A model generated the notes under the pieces. The model was not told the DNA's origin. It was given only the letters and a program-made list of their open reading frames with translations, and did not search any database. A DNA stretch of 44,556 nucleotides, taken from the IMG/VR virus record IMGVR_UViG_3300048861_000082, positions 1 to 44,556 of that record, one strand, 5' to 3'. A program made the translations under genes and the position numbers. This stretch comes from a virus. Lineage: Duplodnaviria; Caudoviricetes. Shown piece by piece: positions 18,140 to 27,843 of the stretch (positions within the stretch are counted from its first letter, which is position 1; each line of letters opens with the position of its first letter).

Positions 18140-18745
18140 CTATTGAGAAAAATTGACTTTGACGAAGCCTTCGGCTCGGCCATCAGGCCCCGCCGTCCGC
18201 GGAGCGGGCGTCACGGCATCTGGGAACGGTGGATCGGGGTACGTACCGCTCGGGTCTGCCACATTGATCAGATCGGCAGTCAGGTCGATTTCAGCCACCT
18301 GCGCATTCACGTCCGGATAAAACGTTTCGAGCACCTCGACGCCAAGCGCAATAGACATCGTTCCAACGTGCGTTGCACCCTCGGCGCTCACATCGGTTTC
18401 GGTGACCATGAACGGGAAATTCTGAGTCTTGGCGCGTAGCGGAGCACTTTTGAAGATCGCCGCCTCGATGTCTGCTGCGAAGCCCTCCAGCGCCAGAAGC
18501 GCTGCCGGGCCTGATCGTGCTGAGACCTCGACCTGCATCTCGAACACGCTCACCGTCGTGAAGGACGTTGGCCCATTTCGGCCGTTCGATTCCTTCCTGT
18601 CTTTCCCTTGCCGCAGCTTCAACGCAGGCAGCTTGTCCGCAGTCTGGTTCCAGTCTCCGGGGGAATACAGCGAGATACCTGGAACGGTCGCAAGGACTGC
18701 CAACAACAACGCCCTGTACTCCGCGCGCGCGGTAGGATCAGACAT
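18140..18745 (-). CDS. Putative tail completion/neck protein
   Basis: Position between head-tail joining gene and DUF2635/sheath. Confidence 0.6.
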   Translation of the reverse strand: MSDPTARAEYRALLLAVLATVPGISLYSPGDWNQTADKLPALKLRQGKDRKESNGRNGPTSFTTVSVFEMQVEVSARSGPAALLALEGFAADIEAAIFKSAPLRAKTQNFPFMVTETDVSAEGATHVGTMSIALGVEVLETFYPDVNAQVAEIDLTADLINVADPSGTYPDPPFPDAVTPAPRTAGPDGRAEGFVKVNFSQ

Positions 18746-19082
18746 CAGTTTGCCCCGGTACGTTGAGCATCAGCCGGCCGCCACCATGACCGTCGAGATG
18801 GACCTCGCGCACTTCCCATTGCTCGCCAGTCTTCACGATCACCAACTGATCGCCCTGCAACGGCTCCTCGCGCCCATCGAACTGGGACATCTGGATACCC
18901 ACCGTCGGCTGATTGGTCACGACAAGTGATCCAGTTGTGGGATCCACTCCGAAGAACGCCTTGTCGTAGATGCCTTGAATCTGGAACGACGCGCCGGCGG
19001 CCGGCAGGTAAGCGATCAAGGTCCCGAACGTTTTCACGAGCGGCCCAAGAATTTTGCCGTCGACGGCATCGTCCCAATCCAT
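18738..19082 (-). CDS. Head-tail joining protein (lambda FII-like)
   Basis: FG....Y.P..G, GIYD, P.QGD.L, DGHG pattern and position. Confidence 0.75.
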   Translation of the reverse strand: MDWDDAVDGKILGPLVKTFGTLIAYLPAAGASFQIQGIYDKAFFGVDPTTGSLVVTNQPTVGIQMSQFDGREEPLQGDQLVIVKTGEQWEVREVHLDGHGGGRLMLNVPGQTDV

Positions 19083-19084
19083 GC

Positions 19085-19321
19085 TTACTCCGAGTGCGTC
19101 ACGGACACCTGGCCGCCGCTGATCTGCGCGCCTTCGAGAGCAACTTCCTCGACTTTTTCCGGCACGAGGAAGCCTAATTCGCGGAGGCGCTTCACTTCCG
19201 ATTCCGGAAGCTTCACCGTCTCGCCGGCCCGCTTGAGGACCGGCGCTTCGTCCGGCTTCAGTTGGTCGTGGATGGTGCGCCCGCGCGCGACGACTGCTTC
19301 GATGAGTTTTTCGCTAGCCAT
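19085..19321 (-). CDS. Hypothetical head-associated protein
   Basis: 78-aa ORF after the capsid gene with GAGG RBS. Confidence 0.6.
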   Translation of the reverse strand: MASEKLIEAVVARGRTIHDQLKPDEAPVLKRAGETVKLPESEVKRLRELGFLVPEKVEEVALEGAQISGGQVSVTHSE

Positions 19322-19328
19322 AGTCACC

Positions 19329-20378
19329 TCAAGCGACGGTTGCGGCCAGCGCAGCATTCACGCGACTCGGGATGACGATGGGCGCCGACTGCATCATCAG
19401 GAATCGCTGCGCCGGGTCTTCCTTTACCCACGTCTTCGGAGCGAACGGCAGCGAAGCGTAGTTGAACGCCGGGTCTTCGACGATGCCGAAAGCACGCGTA
19501 CCCTGCAGGTCGGGCCCCGACATGATCAGCGAGCCATCAGGAAGCATCGGCGTTTCGACGTTGGTAACGTCGTCCACGTACCAGTCGTTGTAGAGCCACA
19601 AGTTGTAGTTGCCCCACTTGCCCTTGTGGACGCCTCCGCGCTCGATTTGTGCGCCGACGTTCACCGCATTGCCGAACGGGGCAAGCGACGGATAGAACTC
19701 GGCACCCTTCAACACCGGATCCAGCTTGAAACCTGCCCACGACTTCGGCGTGAACACAATGTCGGTCGCGACTGCGCCGGACGCCTTCAGGATCTGCGTC
19801 TGCCACGTTTCGATGTTGTTGGTCGGCGATGCAGTGCCAGCGATGATGTTGGCTGCCGTCCACTGTGCGCCGCCGGTCAGGGCTATCGTCAGCGAGCCAT
19901 CGCGACCGAAATCGATGACGGTCGTCGGGAAGCCTTCGCCCGAGACGGTAACGGTGCCGGTCAGAAGAGCATTTGCACCCATCCACTCGAGGCGCCGCGT
20001 GAGCATGTCGATCTGGTCGTTCAGTTCGAACTCCAGATTCATCTGCTCGCGCACTTCGGGCGTGAGCTCGCCGCCGATGCGCTCGCCGATCATGCGGCGT
20101 ACGGGCTTGCGCAGATCCGGTGCGCGCTTGTCCTTGATGTATGGCGGCTTGAACGTGTTCGTCTGGTAACGACGGCTCTCGACGAGCTTGCCTTCGACGA
20201 GCGGTGAGCAGAACGGCGACATCCGGCGCTTACCCACGTCCACGTCTATCGACACGAACTCGCTGTCGGGATTGATGAAGCCGGGGAAAAATTTGTCGAG
20301 CAGGAAGCTCTGCGCCATCTTAAGGTTCTGCACCACCTGAATCAGCGTGTTGGTGTCGAATACGAGATTACCGGGCAT
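19329..20378 (-). CDS. Major capsid protein (lambda gpE family)
   Basis: FLLDKFF, MSPFCSP, FKPPYIKDK, RRLEWM..NAL.TG, IDFGR, QSAP motifs. Confidence 0.93.
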   Translation of the reverse strand: MPGNLVFDTNTLIQVVQNLKMAQSFLLDKFFPGFINPDSEFVSIDVDVGKRRMSPFCSPLVEGKLVESRRYQTNTFKPPYIKDKRAPDLRKPVRRMIGERIGGELTPEVREQMNLEFELNDQIDMLTRRLEWMGANALLTGTVTVSGEGFPTTVIDFGRDGSLTIALTGGAQWTAANIIAGTASPTNNIETWQTQILKASGAVATDIVFTPKSWAGFKLDPVLKGAEFYPSLAPFGNAVNVGAQIERGGVHKGKWGNYNLWLYNDWYVDDVTNVETPMLPDGSLIMSGPDLQGTRAFGIVEDPAFNYASLPFAPKTWVKEDPAQRFLMMQSAPIVIPSRVNAALAATVA

Positions 20379-20407
20379 TGCACTCTCCGAGTATGTGAGC
20401 CCAAATG

Positions 20408-20436
20408 AAAAAGCCCCGCTCGGTGGCGGGGCTTTC
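20408..20436 (-). terminator. Intrinsic terminator-like hairpin
   Basis: AAAAAGCCCCGC-tcggtg-GCGGGGCTTT. Confidence 0.6.
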
Positions 20437-20455
20437 GCATCAGTTCAGGTTTGGT

Positions 20456-20869
20456 TTAGGTCGGGTCGGCCGCCGACAGCGCGGACTTGAGGTGAATGCC
20501 CAGCGGGCGCAGCGCATCCGTCGCCGCAGCGGCAGTGATACCCGTGCCGAGAGTCACCGCGTTGACGTTGAATTCGCCTTCGAGGAACGCGCCGGCGATG
20601 ACGTCAGCTGCGCTGCCGTCCGCGTTATCGGCGAGGATGGCCGTCGGCGTCTGGCTGCCGTCGGACGACGCAGCCAGCGCTACCGTGAACTTGCCGCTCG
20701 CCGTAATTTTGCCTAGCACCGTGCCGCGCACGAACGGACCGCCCGTGAGCGTGACGTTGCGCGTGACGATTTGCTTCGGACCGGCGATGAGCTGATCCGG
20801 TACGAACGTTTGTGCCGTTACGGACGGCACTTGGGGGTTCTCCCCAACCGTGGTGACAGTCAAAGTCAT
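20456..20869 (-). CDS. Head decoration protein (lambda gpD family)
   Basis: PDQLIAG, RGTVLGKIT, DGSQTP.AIL, GEFN motifs. Confidence 0.88.
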   Translation of the reverse strand: MTLTVTTVGENPQVPSVTAQTFVPDQLIAGPKQIVTRNVTLTGGPFVRGTVLGKITASGKFTVALAASSDGSQTPTAILADNADGSAADVIAGAFLEGEFNVNAVTLGTGITAAAATDALRPLGIHLKSALSAADPT

Positions 20870-20896
20870 CTGTGAATCTCCGTGATTGGGGAGGGG

Positions 20897-21535
20897 TTAA
20901 TCTTCGCCGCGGCGCAACTTGCCAGCCGCGAGGATTTGTTCAGCGAGCGATGGGGCCGCAGCAGCGGGCGCCGATGCACCGGGATTCGGCGTCACGACCT
21001 TCGCCATGCGTTCGTCGATCGACGGGCCGCGACGCGTCGACGGCGCAGCAGCCGCTACCGAGCCCGCGCCGTCAACACGATCCGCCGCTGCAGCAGACAG
21101 AACACCGACCGCTTGAGCAGCGGTCATGTTCGTGTCGAAGGCGAGCGAGCATGCCTGCTTTACGCTGCCAAGCTTGATGCCTTCGGCGACGATGGCAGCG
21201 CAACGAACGCGCTCGCGCTGGCGAGCGGCACCGGCGCGGCCCGCGCGCTTGCCCTCTTCCTTGTCGTCCTTGTCGTCGGCTTCAGCGTCGGCGTCGTCGT
21301 CGCCCTCTTCCGCGCGGCGCGCGTTTTCCTTTTCCTTCTCTTCCTCGGCCTTGCGGGCGGCCTCTTCGTCCTTGTCCTTCTCTTCCATGCGCTTGGCGTA
21401 GTCATCATCCGACTCGCCATCACGCTGCTTGCGGTCATCGTCTTCTTCCGCACGTGCCGCGGCCGCACTGGGCATGCCGAGGAAATGGGCGAACGGCATC
21501 GCGCTCGCGAGCTTCGAGAGCTTCATGTGTAACAT
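20897..21535 (-). CDS. Putative capsid scaffolding protein
   Basis: Highly acidic/charged N-half, ERVRCAAI motif, position between protease and decoration genes. Confidence 0.7.
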   Translation of the reverse strand: MLHMKLSKLASAMPFAHFLGMPSAAAARAEEDDDRKQRDGESDDDYAKRMEEKDKDEEAARKAEEEKEKENARRAEEGDDDADAEADDKDDKEEGKRAGRAGAARQRERVRCAAIVAEGIKLGSVKQACSLAFDTNMTAAQAVGVLSAAAADRVDGAGSVAAAAPSTRRGPSIDERMAKVVTPNPGASAPAAAAPSLAEQILAAGKLRRGED

Positions 21536-21549
21536 CCTCTGGAGGTGGT

Positions 21550-22434
21550 TTAGGCGGAGATCTGCTGGATCAACGCCCGAAACGCGGCATCTGGCGCCGC
21601 CACTTCGTCCGCAAGCCCAAGCGCGACACCTTTGTCGCCCATGAACGTCGCGGCCTGCGTATCCCGAACCGTGGCGGCTGAGATATTCCTGTTGCGGGCA
21701 ACTGTGTCGACGAACAGCTGACCCATCGTGTCGATGTCGGCCTGAAAACGCAGCTTTGCGTCGTCGGACAGAGGGATTTCGCTATGGCCATCTGCCTTCG
21801 CGTCCCCGTATGTGATGAACGTCACCTTGATGCCGGCGCTCGTGAGTGCCTGCGACATGTCGACGTGCGCGCAGATAACGCCGATGCTGCCGACGCCGCC
21901 GGTGCGCGGCACATAGATCTTGTCGGCCGCGCTCGCAATAGCGTACGCGGCGCTATATGCGGACTCATTCAGGATCGCCCAGATCGGCTTGTTGCCGCGC
22001 GCGCCGTAGATCGTATCGACGATGTCGAAGCAACCGGCGACCTCCCCGCCTGGCGAGTCGATGTCGAGCACGATCGCCTTCACCGAGGAATCATCGAGCG
22101 CGGTGAACAGGTTCTGACGGATTCCGTCGTACCCCGTCATGCCAGACCACGGCCGCAACGACCCGAGCTTCTGTACCAGCGTGCCCTGAACCGGGATCAC
22201 AGCAACCGGACCGACCATGTCATAGCCGGTTCGCGGATTGTTGCCGGGCTCAGCGAAGCCGTAGTCGTCGTCTTCCATCGCCATCGGCGAGACGGTCGAA
22301 CCATCCAGCCGTCCGATCATCCCGATGCCGAGGCGCTCCGACAGCGCAGCAAGAACAATTTCCGCCTTTCGCGGGTGCAGCATCAGCGGCGTGTTGAAAA
22401 CACGCTGCGCCAGCCGCGGTAGGAGATGGTTCAT
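21550..22434 (-). CDS. Prohead protease, S49 family (lambda gpC-like)
   Basis: LDIDSPGGEV, SAAYAIASAA, GSIGV motifs. Confidence 0.92.
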   Translation of the reverse strand: MNHLLPRLAQRVFNTPLMLHPRKAEIVLAALSERLGIGMIGRLDGSTVSPMAMEDDDYGFAEPGNNPRTGYDMVGPVAVIPVQGTLVQKLGSLRPWSGMTGYDGIRQNLFTALDDSSVKAIVLDIDSPGGEVAGCFDIVDTIYGARGNKPIWAILNESAYSAAYAIASAADKIYVPRTGGVGSIGVICAHVDMSQALTSAGIKVTFITYGDAKADGHSEIPLSDDAKLRFQADIDTMGQLFVDTVARNRNISAATVRDTQAATFMGDKGVALGLADEVAAPDAAFRALIQQISA

Positions 22435-24083
22435 TGCGCTTGCGGTTCCTCTGTGACTTGCTCGGCCGGCGTGCCGGCCAGCGTCGACGGCAACGGCACG
22501 CCGCGGCTCTTGTAGTACTCGACCTCGATCGCACGCTGGTCCGCGTTGTCGCGCCAGTCGGTGCCGGTCGCCTGCGCAGTTTCTTCCTCGAGGCTGGAAA
22601 TGCCGGTCTCGATACCCAACGCCTGCCCCTGACGCTCTTTCAGCGGATCAACGTAGCCGCGGCCCGGCCCAATCCACCACGCACGCGTGTACGCCGCGCG
22701 GCCCATCATGAAGTCTGGAGCGCCGGCGGGCAGTGGCAATTCATCAACATCGAACGCTTCTTCGATGAACGCCGCGTAAATCGGCATTCCGAAGCCACGC
22801 CCGAAGTCGCTGCGTCGACGGTCAAACGTCTTCCACGCTTCGAGCGCCGCCGCGCGGTACGAACTGTAGTTCACATCTGACCAGTTCTGACTGATCTGCT
22901 GAGCTGACATTCCGGTGCCGGCCGCCACGTTGCGCAGCATCGCGTTCTCGAACTCGGCGAAGTTGCCAGCCGGGCGGGATGCTGCGACTGTGTTGATCGT
23001 CTCGCCGGGAAACAGGATCGGCAGACGCGCACCGCCGAGTCGCAACTCGTTCTTGTCGTGAAACTCAGCGCGCGCGTCCTGATAACCGTTCAGCGCTTCT
23101 TCTTCCCCGTCGCCGAGCGCCTCGCCGACAAGCTGCTTGTCGAACGGGCTCGTGACGTAGGCACCGAAAATCGCGTTGATGATCGCGGCGTCGAGTTCCG
23201 TGCCGTCGTACTTGATCAGCATCTTCAGGCGCTGCAGCACTGGCGTGAGAATGCCGGCGCCCCCGCGGTGTTGTGACGCGCGGTCGAAGTCGTAGTCGTG
23301 GACGATGATCGGGCGCCCCCAATCCGTCTCAGCGGGAATGCGCTCCCACGACACCTGCTTGTTGCCGCTGAACCAGTCGCCCTGGTGCGCCTTTCTTATG
23401 TGATATGCGACCGGCGCGCCGTCTTCGTCGATCTCGACGCCGCCGCGCATGATCTGCTTGTCGAAGTTCTGCTGCGGGTTCGACAGTCGATCTGGGTCGA
23501 TCAGTTGCAAAACTGTCGCGTACCGCGCACCCTTCTTCAGCCGCTGCGGCATCCACCGCAACATGCCGAGCGCGTCCCCGTCGACGATCTTGTGCCGAAA
23601 CGCGAGGCGCATCATCTGCGGAATCGTCAGCTTGCGCTGCGCATCGCAAAAGCGGCCTGGATCCTCTGACCACGTGCGCCAGCCTGCCTCGATGGCACGG
23701 CCAAATTCATCGGCCCAAACGTGGTCGAACGTCTTGAGCCCTGTCTGCGCCTGCAGCGCGCGATAGTCTGGCTTCGAGATCGGGCGGAAGTCCGCGCCAA
23801 TCACGTTATCGAGTGTGCGCGTAACCGCGGCCGATGCCCAGCCATCGTTGCGCACGAGATCGCGCACGCGCGACACGATGCGGTCGCGGTACGGATTCAG
23901 CTCACCATCAGGCGACCAGAGAAACGGCTGCCAGTCACGCATGTGCTGGCCGCCCATGTCGGCTGCGTCATAGGCAACCTGGCTGTCGATGCTACCTGAA
24001 CTGTTCAACGCGAGCGCACGTCCCCCACGCGCAGGTAACGGCTGGCCGTCCGCGCCAAGGATCTGTACGTTCGTTTCGATCAT
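22431..24083 (-). CDS. Portal protein, lambda family
   Basis: RVRDLVRND, QLIDPDRL, GGVEID..GAPVAYHI, VNYSS.R, VDPLKE motifs. Confidence 0.95.
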   Translation of the reverse strand: MIETNVQILGADGQPLPARGGRALALNSSGSIDSQVAYDAADMGGQHMRDWQPFLWSPDGELNPYRDRIVSRVRDLVRNDGWASAAVTRTLDNVIGADFRPISKPDYRALQAQTGLKTFDHVWADEFGRAIEAGWRTWSEDPGRFCDAQRKLTIPQMMRLAFRHKIVDGDALGMLRWMPQRLKKGARYATVLQLIDPDRLSNPQQNFDKQIMRGGVEIDEDGAPVAYHIRKAHQGDWFSGNKQVSWERIPAETDWGRPIIVHDYDFDRASQHRGGAGILTPVLQRLKMLIKYDGTELDAAIINAIFGAYVTSPFDKQLVGEALGDGEEEALNGYQDARAEFHDKNELRLGGARLPILFPGETINTVAASRPAGNFAEFENAMLRNVAAGTGMSAQQISQNWSDVNYSSYRAAALEAWKTFDRRRSDFGRGFGMPIYAAFIEEAFDVDELPLPAGAPDFMMGRAAYTRAWWIGPGRGYVDPLKERQGQALGIETGISSLEEETAQATGTDWRDNADQRAIEVEYYKSRGVPLPSTLAGTPAEQVTEEPQAQ

Positions 24084-24355
24084 CGTCTTGAGAATGTCAG
24101 TCGAAGTGCTTTGCGGGGCGCTCTGACGATGCCGAGCTGCGCCTGCATGAGTTGGATCGCTGCGGCAAGTTGCGCCATGTTCGCGCGCGTGTACGTCACG
24201 GACCGTGTCCCATCACCCTGCGTGTACGAGAGCGATTCGGCCTGAGCGCCGGTGCTCAACTGGATATAGATCTGCTGCGCCTCCGCGAGGGAAGCGCGCA
24301 GCGCGGTCTGATCCATTCCGGCCAGCAAACTGCTGTTCGGGTCAAAGCATGGCAA
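24080..24355 (-). CDS. Head-to-tail joining protein gpW-like
   Basis: TTG start after GGAG; L.EAQ..Y..L.TG...GDGTRSVTYTRAN pattern between terminase and portal. Confidence 0.8.
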   Translation of the reverse strand: MPCFDPNSSLLAGMDQTALRASLAEAQQIYIQLSTGAQAESLSYTQGDGTRSVTYTRANMAQLAAAIQLMQAQLGIVRAPRKALRLTFSRR

Positions 24356-24372
24356 AGTAAATCTCCAATTCG

Positions 24373-26388
24373 TCAGCCGGCGAGCCGGCGAATCCGCGAT
24401 TTCTTCGCGACAGCTTCCTGCTTGATGACGGGTCCGTCTGGCCGCGCCGGACGTGTGACGCTGATCTCGTGCACCGTCGGCTCGGCAGGTGCTGGCTCGA
24501 TCAACTGACTCGGATCGGCTTGCACCTGGTCGACGCGACGGTTCAGCTTCAGACCCATGTGCATCAACCCGCACAGCGCCGCGTAGCCGTACACGCGGAT
24601 GTCGAGCGCCTCGTTCGCACGCCCCGGCGGTAATTCCCAGACCCGGAACTTCTGGCCGTTGGCGATCTTCGTGACCGACCGCTCGGCAATGAGCTGCGCG
24701 AAGTAGTTGATGTCCCGATCACTGGGAAAGTGCATATACCCGGCTGGGTATGACACAACCCCGTTGTCCTCTTCCGGCTCCCGGCGCAGACGGTCGCGTA
24801 TGACGTCCTTCGCTGCGTTGACGCCGATGATGACTGGGCGGAAAGTGGCTTTCGTGCGCGACGAAGGCCGCTTCGTTGGCCATACCGGTGAACGGGCACC
24901 CCCGCGCGCCGACTCGCCCTTGATCGCCCAGATGCGTCGACCGAGCCGCGCCTTCGCGAATTCATAGACCTTCTGCGTGTGGTGGCCACCAGAGTCGATA
25001 CAGGCGCCCATGACTTCAAAGCCACGACCGTCGGCACGGCGCCAGATCCGCTTCAGATACGCGTCAACGCGCGCCCACAGTTCGACGCTCTCGGGATCGC
25101 CTTCAAAGACAGCGTGGTCGACCGACCAACTCTCTTCGTTGCGACCCCAGGCGATGGTTTCCGCTTCGACGCGATCATCCTGCACGTCGAGGCCAGCAGT
25201 CAGAATGCCGGCACCGTCGGGCACCTCTGCCGACCAGACTTCTGTTCGAGCAGCAAGACGCGCCTCGCTTAACGCGCGATCGCCGCGGTCCTCGTATGGC
25301 TCGCCGAGCACCAGATTGATGAACGTCTGGCGTGCGAGCGGGTCGTCCTTGACGCGTAACCACTCCGCGACGAGGTTGGACCAGCATGCATTTGGGAACA
25401 GGCTGTAGCCGGCCCAAATGTGAAAACCAGCGTGGCCGCCGAACGGCTTGGTTGCACGCCATTCGCCGCCCGCGACCATGTCGGGCTTGTCGACCTCGTT
25501 AATGATGCAGCCGTTGTGACGGCAGACGTAGTAGACGGTCTCTGGCAATCCATTGCCGTTCTCGTCTTTGTCCCATTTCATGCCGTGCGGCGTATCTGGA
25601 CCGCCCCACTCGAGCACCTGATGCTCGCCGCAGTGCGGGCACTTCACGAAGTAGTAGCGCTGGTCACTCTCCGCGAAGCTCTTTTCTATCCGGCTGTACC
25701 CCTTGACCGTCGGAGTTGAGCCGAGCACGATCTTGCGATTCCAGAAGGTCTCCGACCGCTTCGTGCCGAGCGCAATCTGATCGCCTTCATTGCCGGCACC
25801 GTCGACCGGGTAAGCGTCCACCTCGTCGAACATGACGACGCGCGACGTGATCCGGCGGAAGCCGGCCGGGCTGTTCGCGCCGACCAACGTCAAGCTGGAG
25901 CCGTTCTTGAAGGTCTTCGCCAGGATCGTCTGATCGCTGTTCTTGGCCTTCTGATCGCCAGCGATCGACGCGAGCACCGGCGTGTCGCGCAGCATCGGCG
26001 CGATTTCCGTCTTCGAGTAGCTCTCCGCATCCTCGACGCGAGGCTGAACCACAAGGATCGGCGACGGATCCTGATGGATGAAGTAGCCGACGGCATGGTC
26101 CATCAGCTTCGTGTAGCCGACGCGCGCTGACTTCATGACGCTGATTTTCTCGACCGATGGATCGGTCACGGCATCCAACATCCCTCGCTGGTAGCCAAAC
26201 GCTCGAAAGCGGCCCGTCTGTGCGCTTGTCTCGCGCGACAGCACGGCATACCGTTCCGCCCACTCGCTCAGGGTGAGCTTCGGAGGCGGCAGCAGGTTCT
26301 CCCGGCGAGCAGTGAGCAGCCCCGCATACAACGCGTCATGCCCTCGGGCATAGCGCCGCGCGTTATGTTGGGTTGCCAGCTCCGTCAC
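24373..26388 (-). CDS. Terminase large subunit (lambda gpA family)
   Basis: MKSARVGYTK Walker A, FDEVDAY Walker B, GSTPT, CPHCG, GLDVQDDR, NEALD motifs. Confidence 0.96.
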   Translation of the reverse strand: MTELATQHNARRYARGHDALYAGLLTARRENLLPPPKLTLSEWAERYAVLSRETSAQTGRFRAFGYQRGMLDAVTDPSVEKISVMKSARVGYTKLMDHAVGYFIHQDPSPILVVQPRVEDAESYSKTEIAPMLRDTPVLASIAGDQKAKNSDQTILAKTFKNGSSLTLVGANSPAGFRRITSRVVMFDEVDAYPVDGAGNEGDQIALGTKRSETFWNRKIVLGSTPTVKGYSRIEKSFAESDQRYYFVKCPHCGEHQVLEWGGPDTPHGMKWDKDENGNGLPETVYYVCRHNGCIINEVDKPDMVAGGEWRATKPFGGHAGFHIWAGYSLFPNACWSNLVAEWLRVKDDPLARQTFINLVLGEPYEDRGDRALSEARLAARTEVWSAEVPDGAGILTAGLDVQDDRVEAETIAWGRNEESWSVDHAVFEGDPESVELWARVDAYLKRIWRRADGRGFEVMGACIDSGGHHTQKVYEFAKARLGRRIWAIKGESARGGARSPVWPTKRPSSRTKATFRPVIIGVNAAKDVIRDRLRREPEEDNGVVSYPAGYMHFPSDRDINYFAQLIAERSVTKIANGQKFRVWELPPGRANEALDIRVYGYAALCGLMHMGLKLNRRVDQVQADPSQLIEPAPAEPTVHEISVTRPARPDGPVIKQEAVAKKSRIRRLAG

Positions 26389-26941
26389 GGGTTAGCTCTT
26401 CGAGTGCTTCTGTGATGATCTCCTGCAACATGTCCTGCAATTCGGCAGGCGTCTTACACCGGTGTAGGCGCGGGGCCTGTTCCGCGGGAATCGACAGCAG
26501 GCGTGTTCTGACCTTCGCATACTCGGCCCCGACCGCCTTCGCCACCTCGGTGACGTCGACGACCAGACCGGAATCGCGGTCGTATTCGAGCTGAGCCTTC
26601 AGCCCGAGATAGTTCTCTTTGAAGCATCGCGCCTCGTCGAAGTCGAGCAACTCGACAGCGCCGGTGAGAATCCGGCCAGCAGCATCGTCGGCGCTCTCGC
26701 CCGGTGCGAGTGTTACCTCGCTCGCGACTTGGGTAACAGTTTTTCGTTTGTTACCCTGGGGTGCCTGGGTAACACTTTGGGTAACAGCCGGCGCGCCGTC
26801 GCGGCGGTATCTTTTCAAGTTTGCGTTGGACGCATCGACGTCGATGTCATCGCCCGCAAACACAAGCCAGCCGCGCTCCTTCCACTTTGTGACGGTCTTT
26901 CGACTTACATCGTGAAGTGCCGCGAACTCGCTTTGATTCAT
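26363..26941 (-). CDS. Terminase small subunit (Nu1-like)
   Basis: N-terminal HTH (MNQSEFAALHDVSRKTVTKWK), coiled C-terminus, overlaps the large subunit. Confidence 0.85.
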   Translation of the reverse strand: MNQSEFAALHDVSRKTVTKWKERGWLVFAGDDIDVDASNANLKRYRRDGAPAVTQSVTQAPQGNKRKTVTQVASEVTLAPGESADDAAGRILTGAVELLDFDEARCFKENYLGLKAQLEYDRDSGLVVDVTEVAKAVGAEYAKVRTRLLSIPAEQAPRLHRCKTPAELQDMLQEIITEALEELTRDGAGNPT

Positions 26942-26966
26942 CGCTCGGTTTTGTTACCTGTTACCC
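26711..26966. repeat. Seven TGTTACC/GGTAACA motifs (candidate terminase-binding R sites)
   Basis: Copies near 26711, 26732, 26749, 26768, 26780, 26952 and 26959, in both orientations. Confidence 0.55.
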
Positions 26967-26994
26967 AAATTTCAAAAGTTTGTAGCTAGAGAAA

Positions 26995-27042
26995 GATCGC
27001 GCGCGCGCAGTGCCCCCGAAGCGAGAAGGGCGGGAGGGACCC
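26995..27042 (-). other. Candidate cos site (cosQ/cosN-like)
   Basis: Minus strand GGGTCCC-tcccgcccttctcgcttcg-GGGGCACTGCGC-GCG resembles lambda cosQ (GGGTCCT) followed by cosN, directly upstream of the small terminase. Confidence 0.5.
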
Positions 27043-27115
27043 ACCACATAGTGGGACACGCACCCCATCCAGAGGCGCCCCACCCCCGTCCTAAGCGCCG
27101 TGCGCCCTCGGATGG

Positions 27116-27805
27116 TCACCCCAGCTTGGCCGTCGCAATCGCACGCGCCATCGCGGCTTCGAACTCAACCGCGAAGACCTCATCAACGGTCTCGAATGCA
27201 CGCTCACCAAATTCCAGATGCTGCTTGACCGGTCGCGCATCGCCGAATCGGACAAGCAACTTGAGATGCCCTGTCTTATTGATGCCACGCAGTGCGACGC
27301 CGCGCTTGCCGCGCGTCTTCACCGCTTGAACTGCAGCAGGTCGCTGCCACACACCGCCGATCGATTCGCCGCTCTTCGTCTTGACCGAACCGATGAACAC
27401 ATCGGGCCGACCCTCGAAGCGCTTGAGCGCTGCCCTGCTGAAGTTGCCGTATTGGTTCAGCAACGTCATATCTTTCGGGTTGAGCCAGGTCTTGCCTGAA
27501 CCGATGAGCTTGTGATTGCCACCGAACTCATATGGCGCGAGGTATGCGGCCGCGATGTCCTTGATGAACACGACCGCTTCGAGGTTGGTCTTGCGAGCGC
27601 CCTTCACTGCGACAGAATTCACGGTGAACGGCGTGGGCCTGTCGAAGACCTCAGGCATTGCCTTCTTCTCAGCAGACTGTACGCGCCGGGCTACAGCGAT
27701 GAGCGCCTGCGCCGTAGCAAACGGCAGTTGCTGCTTCTCAAGCTGGTTAAGCGATCGCGTCAGCTTCTGCAGGTCAGCGGAGACGCTGATCGCGAACGAA
27801 GACAT
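27116..27805 (-). CDS. Conserved phage protein upstream of terminase (possible minor tail/neck protein)
   Basis: QLPFATAQAL...VFDRPTPFT.NS pattern; GAGG RBS. Confidence 0.65.
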   Translation of the reverse strand: MSSFAISVSADLQKLTRSLNQLEKQQLPFATAQALIAVARRVQSAEKKAMPEVFDRPTPFTVNSVAVKGARKTNLEAVVFIKDIAAAYLAPYEFGGNHKLIGSGKTWLNPKDMTLLNQYGNFSRAALKRFEGRPDVFIGSVKTKSGESIGGVWQRPAAVQAVKTRGKRGVALRGINKTGHLKLLVRFGDARPVKQHLEFGERAFETVDEVFAVEFEAAMARAIATAKLG

Positions 27806-27817
27806 GAGCGCCTCAAA

Positions 27818-27843
27818 TAAAAAAGCCCGCACGTAAGCGGGCG
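27818..27843 (-). terminator. Intrinsic terminator
   Basis: GCCCGC-acgtaa-GCGGGC with A-run (U-tract on minus). Confidence 0.6.

Noticed and set aside
18190-18200. CCGCCGTCCGC as a remote third VR
   Set aside because: Only about 10 nt match the TR 3' end, it is antisense to the gene, and flanks do not align
18975-20207. 410-aa plus-strand ORF and similar long antisense ORFs across the structural region
   Set aside because: Shadow frames of GC-rich genes with no motifs; the opposite strand encodes recognisable phage proteins
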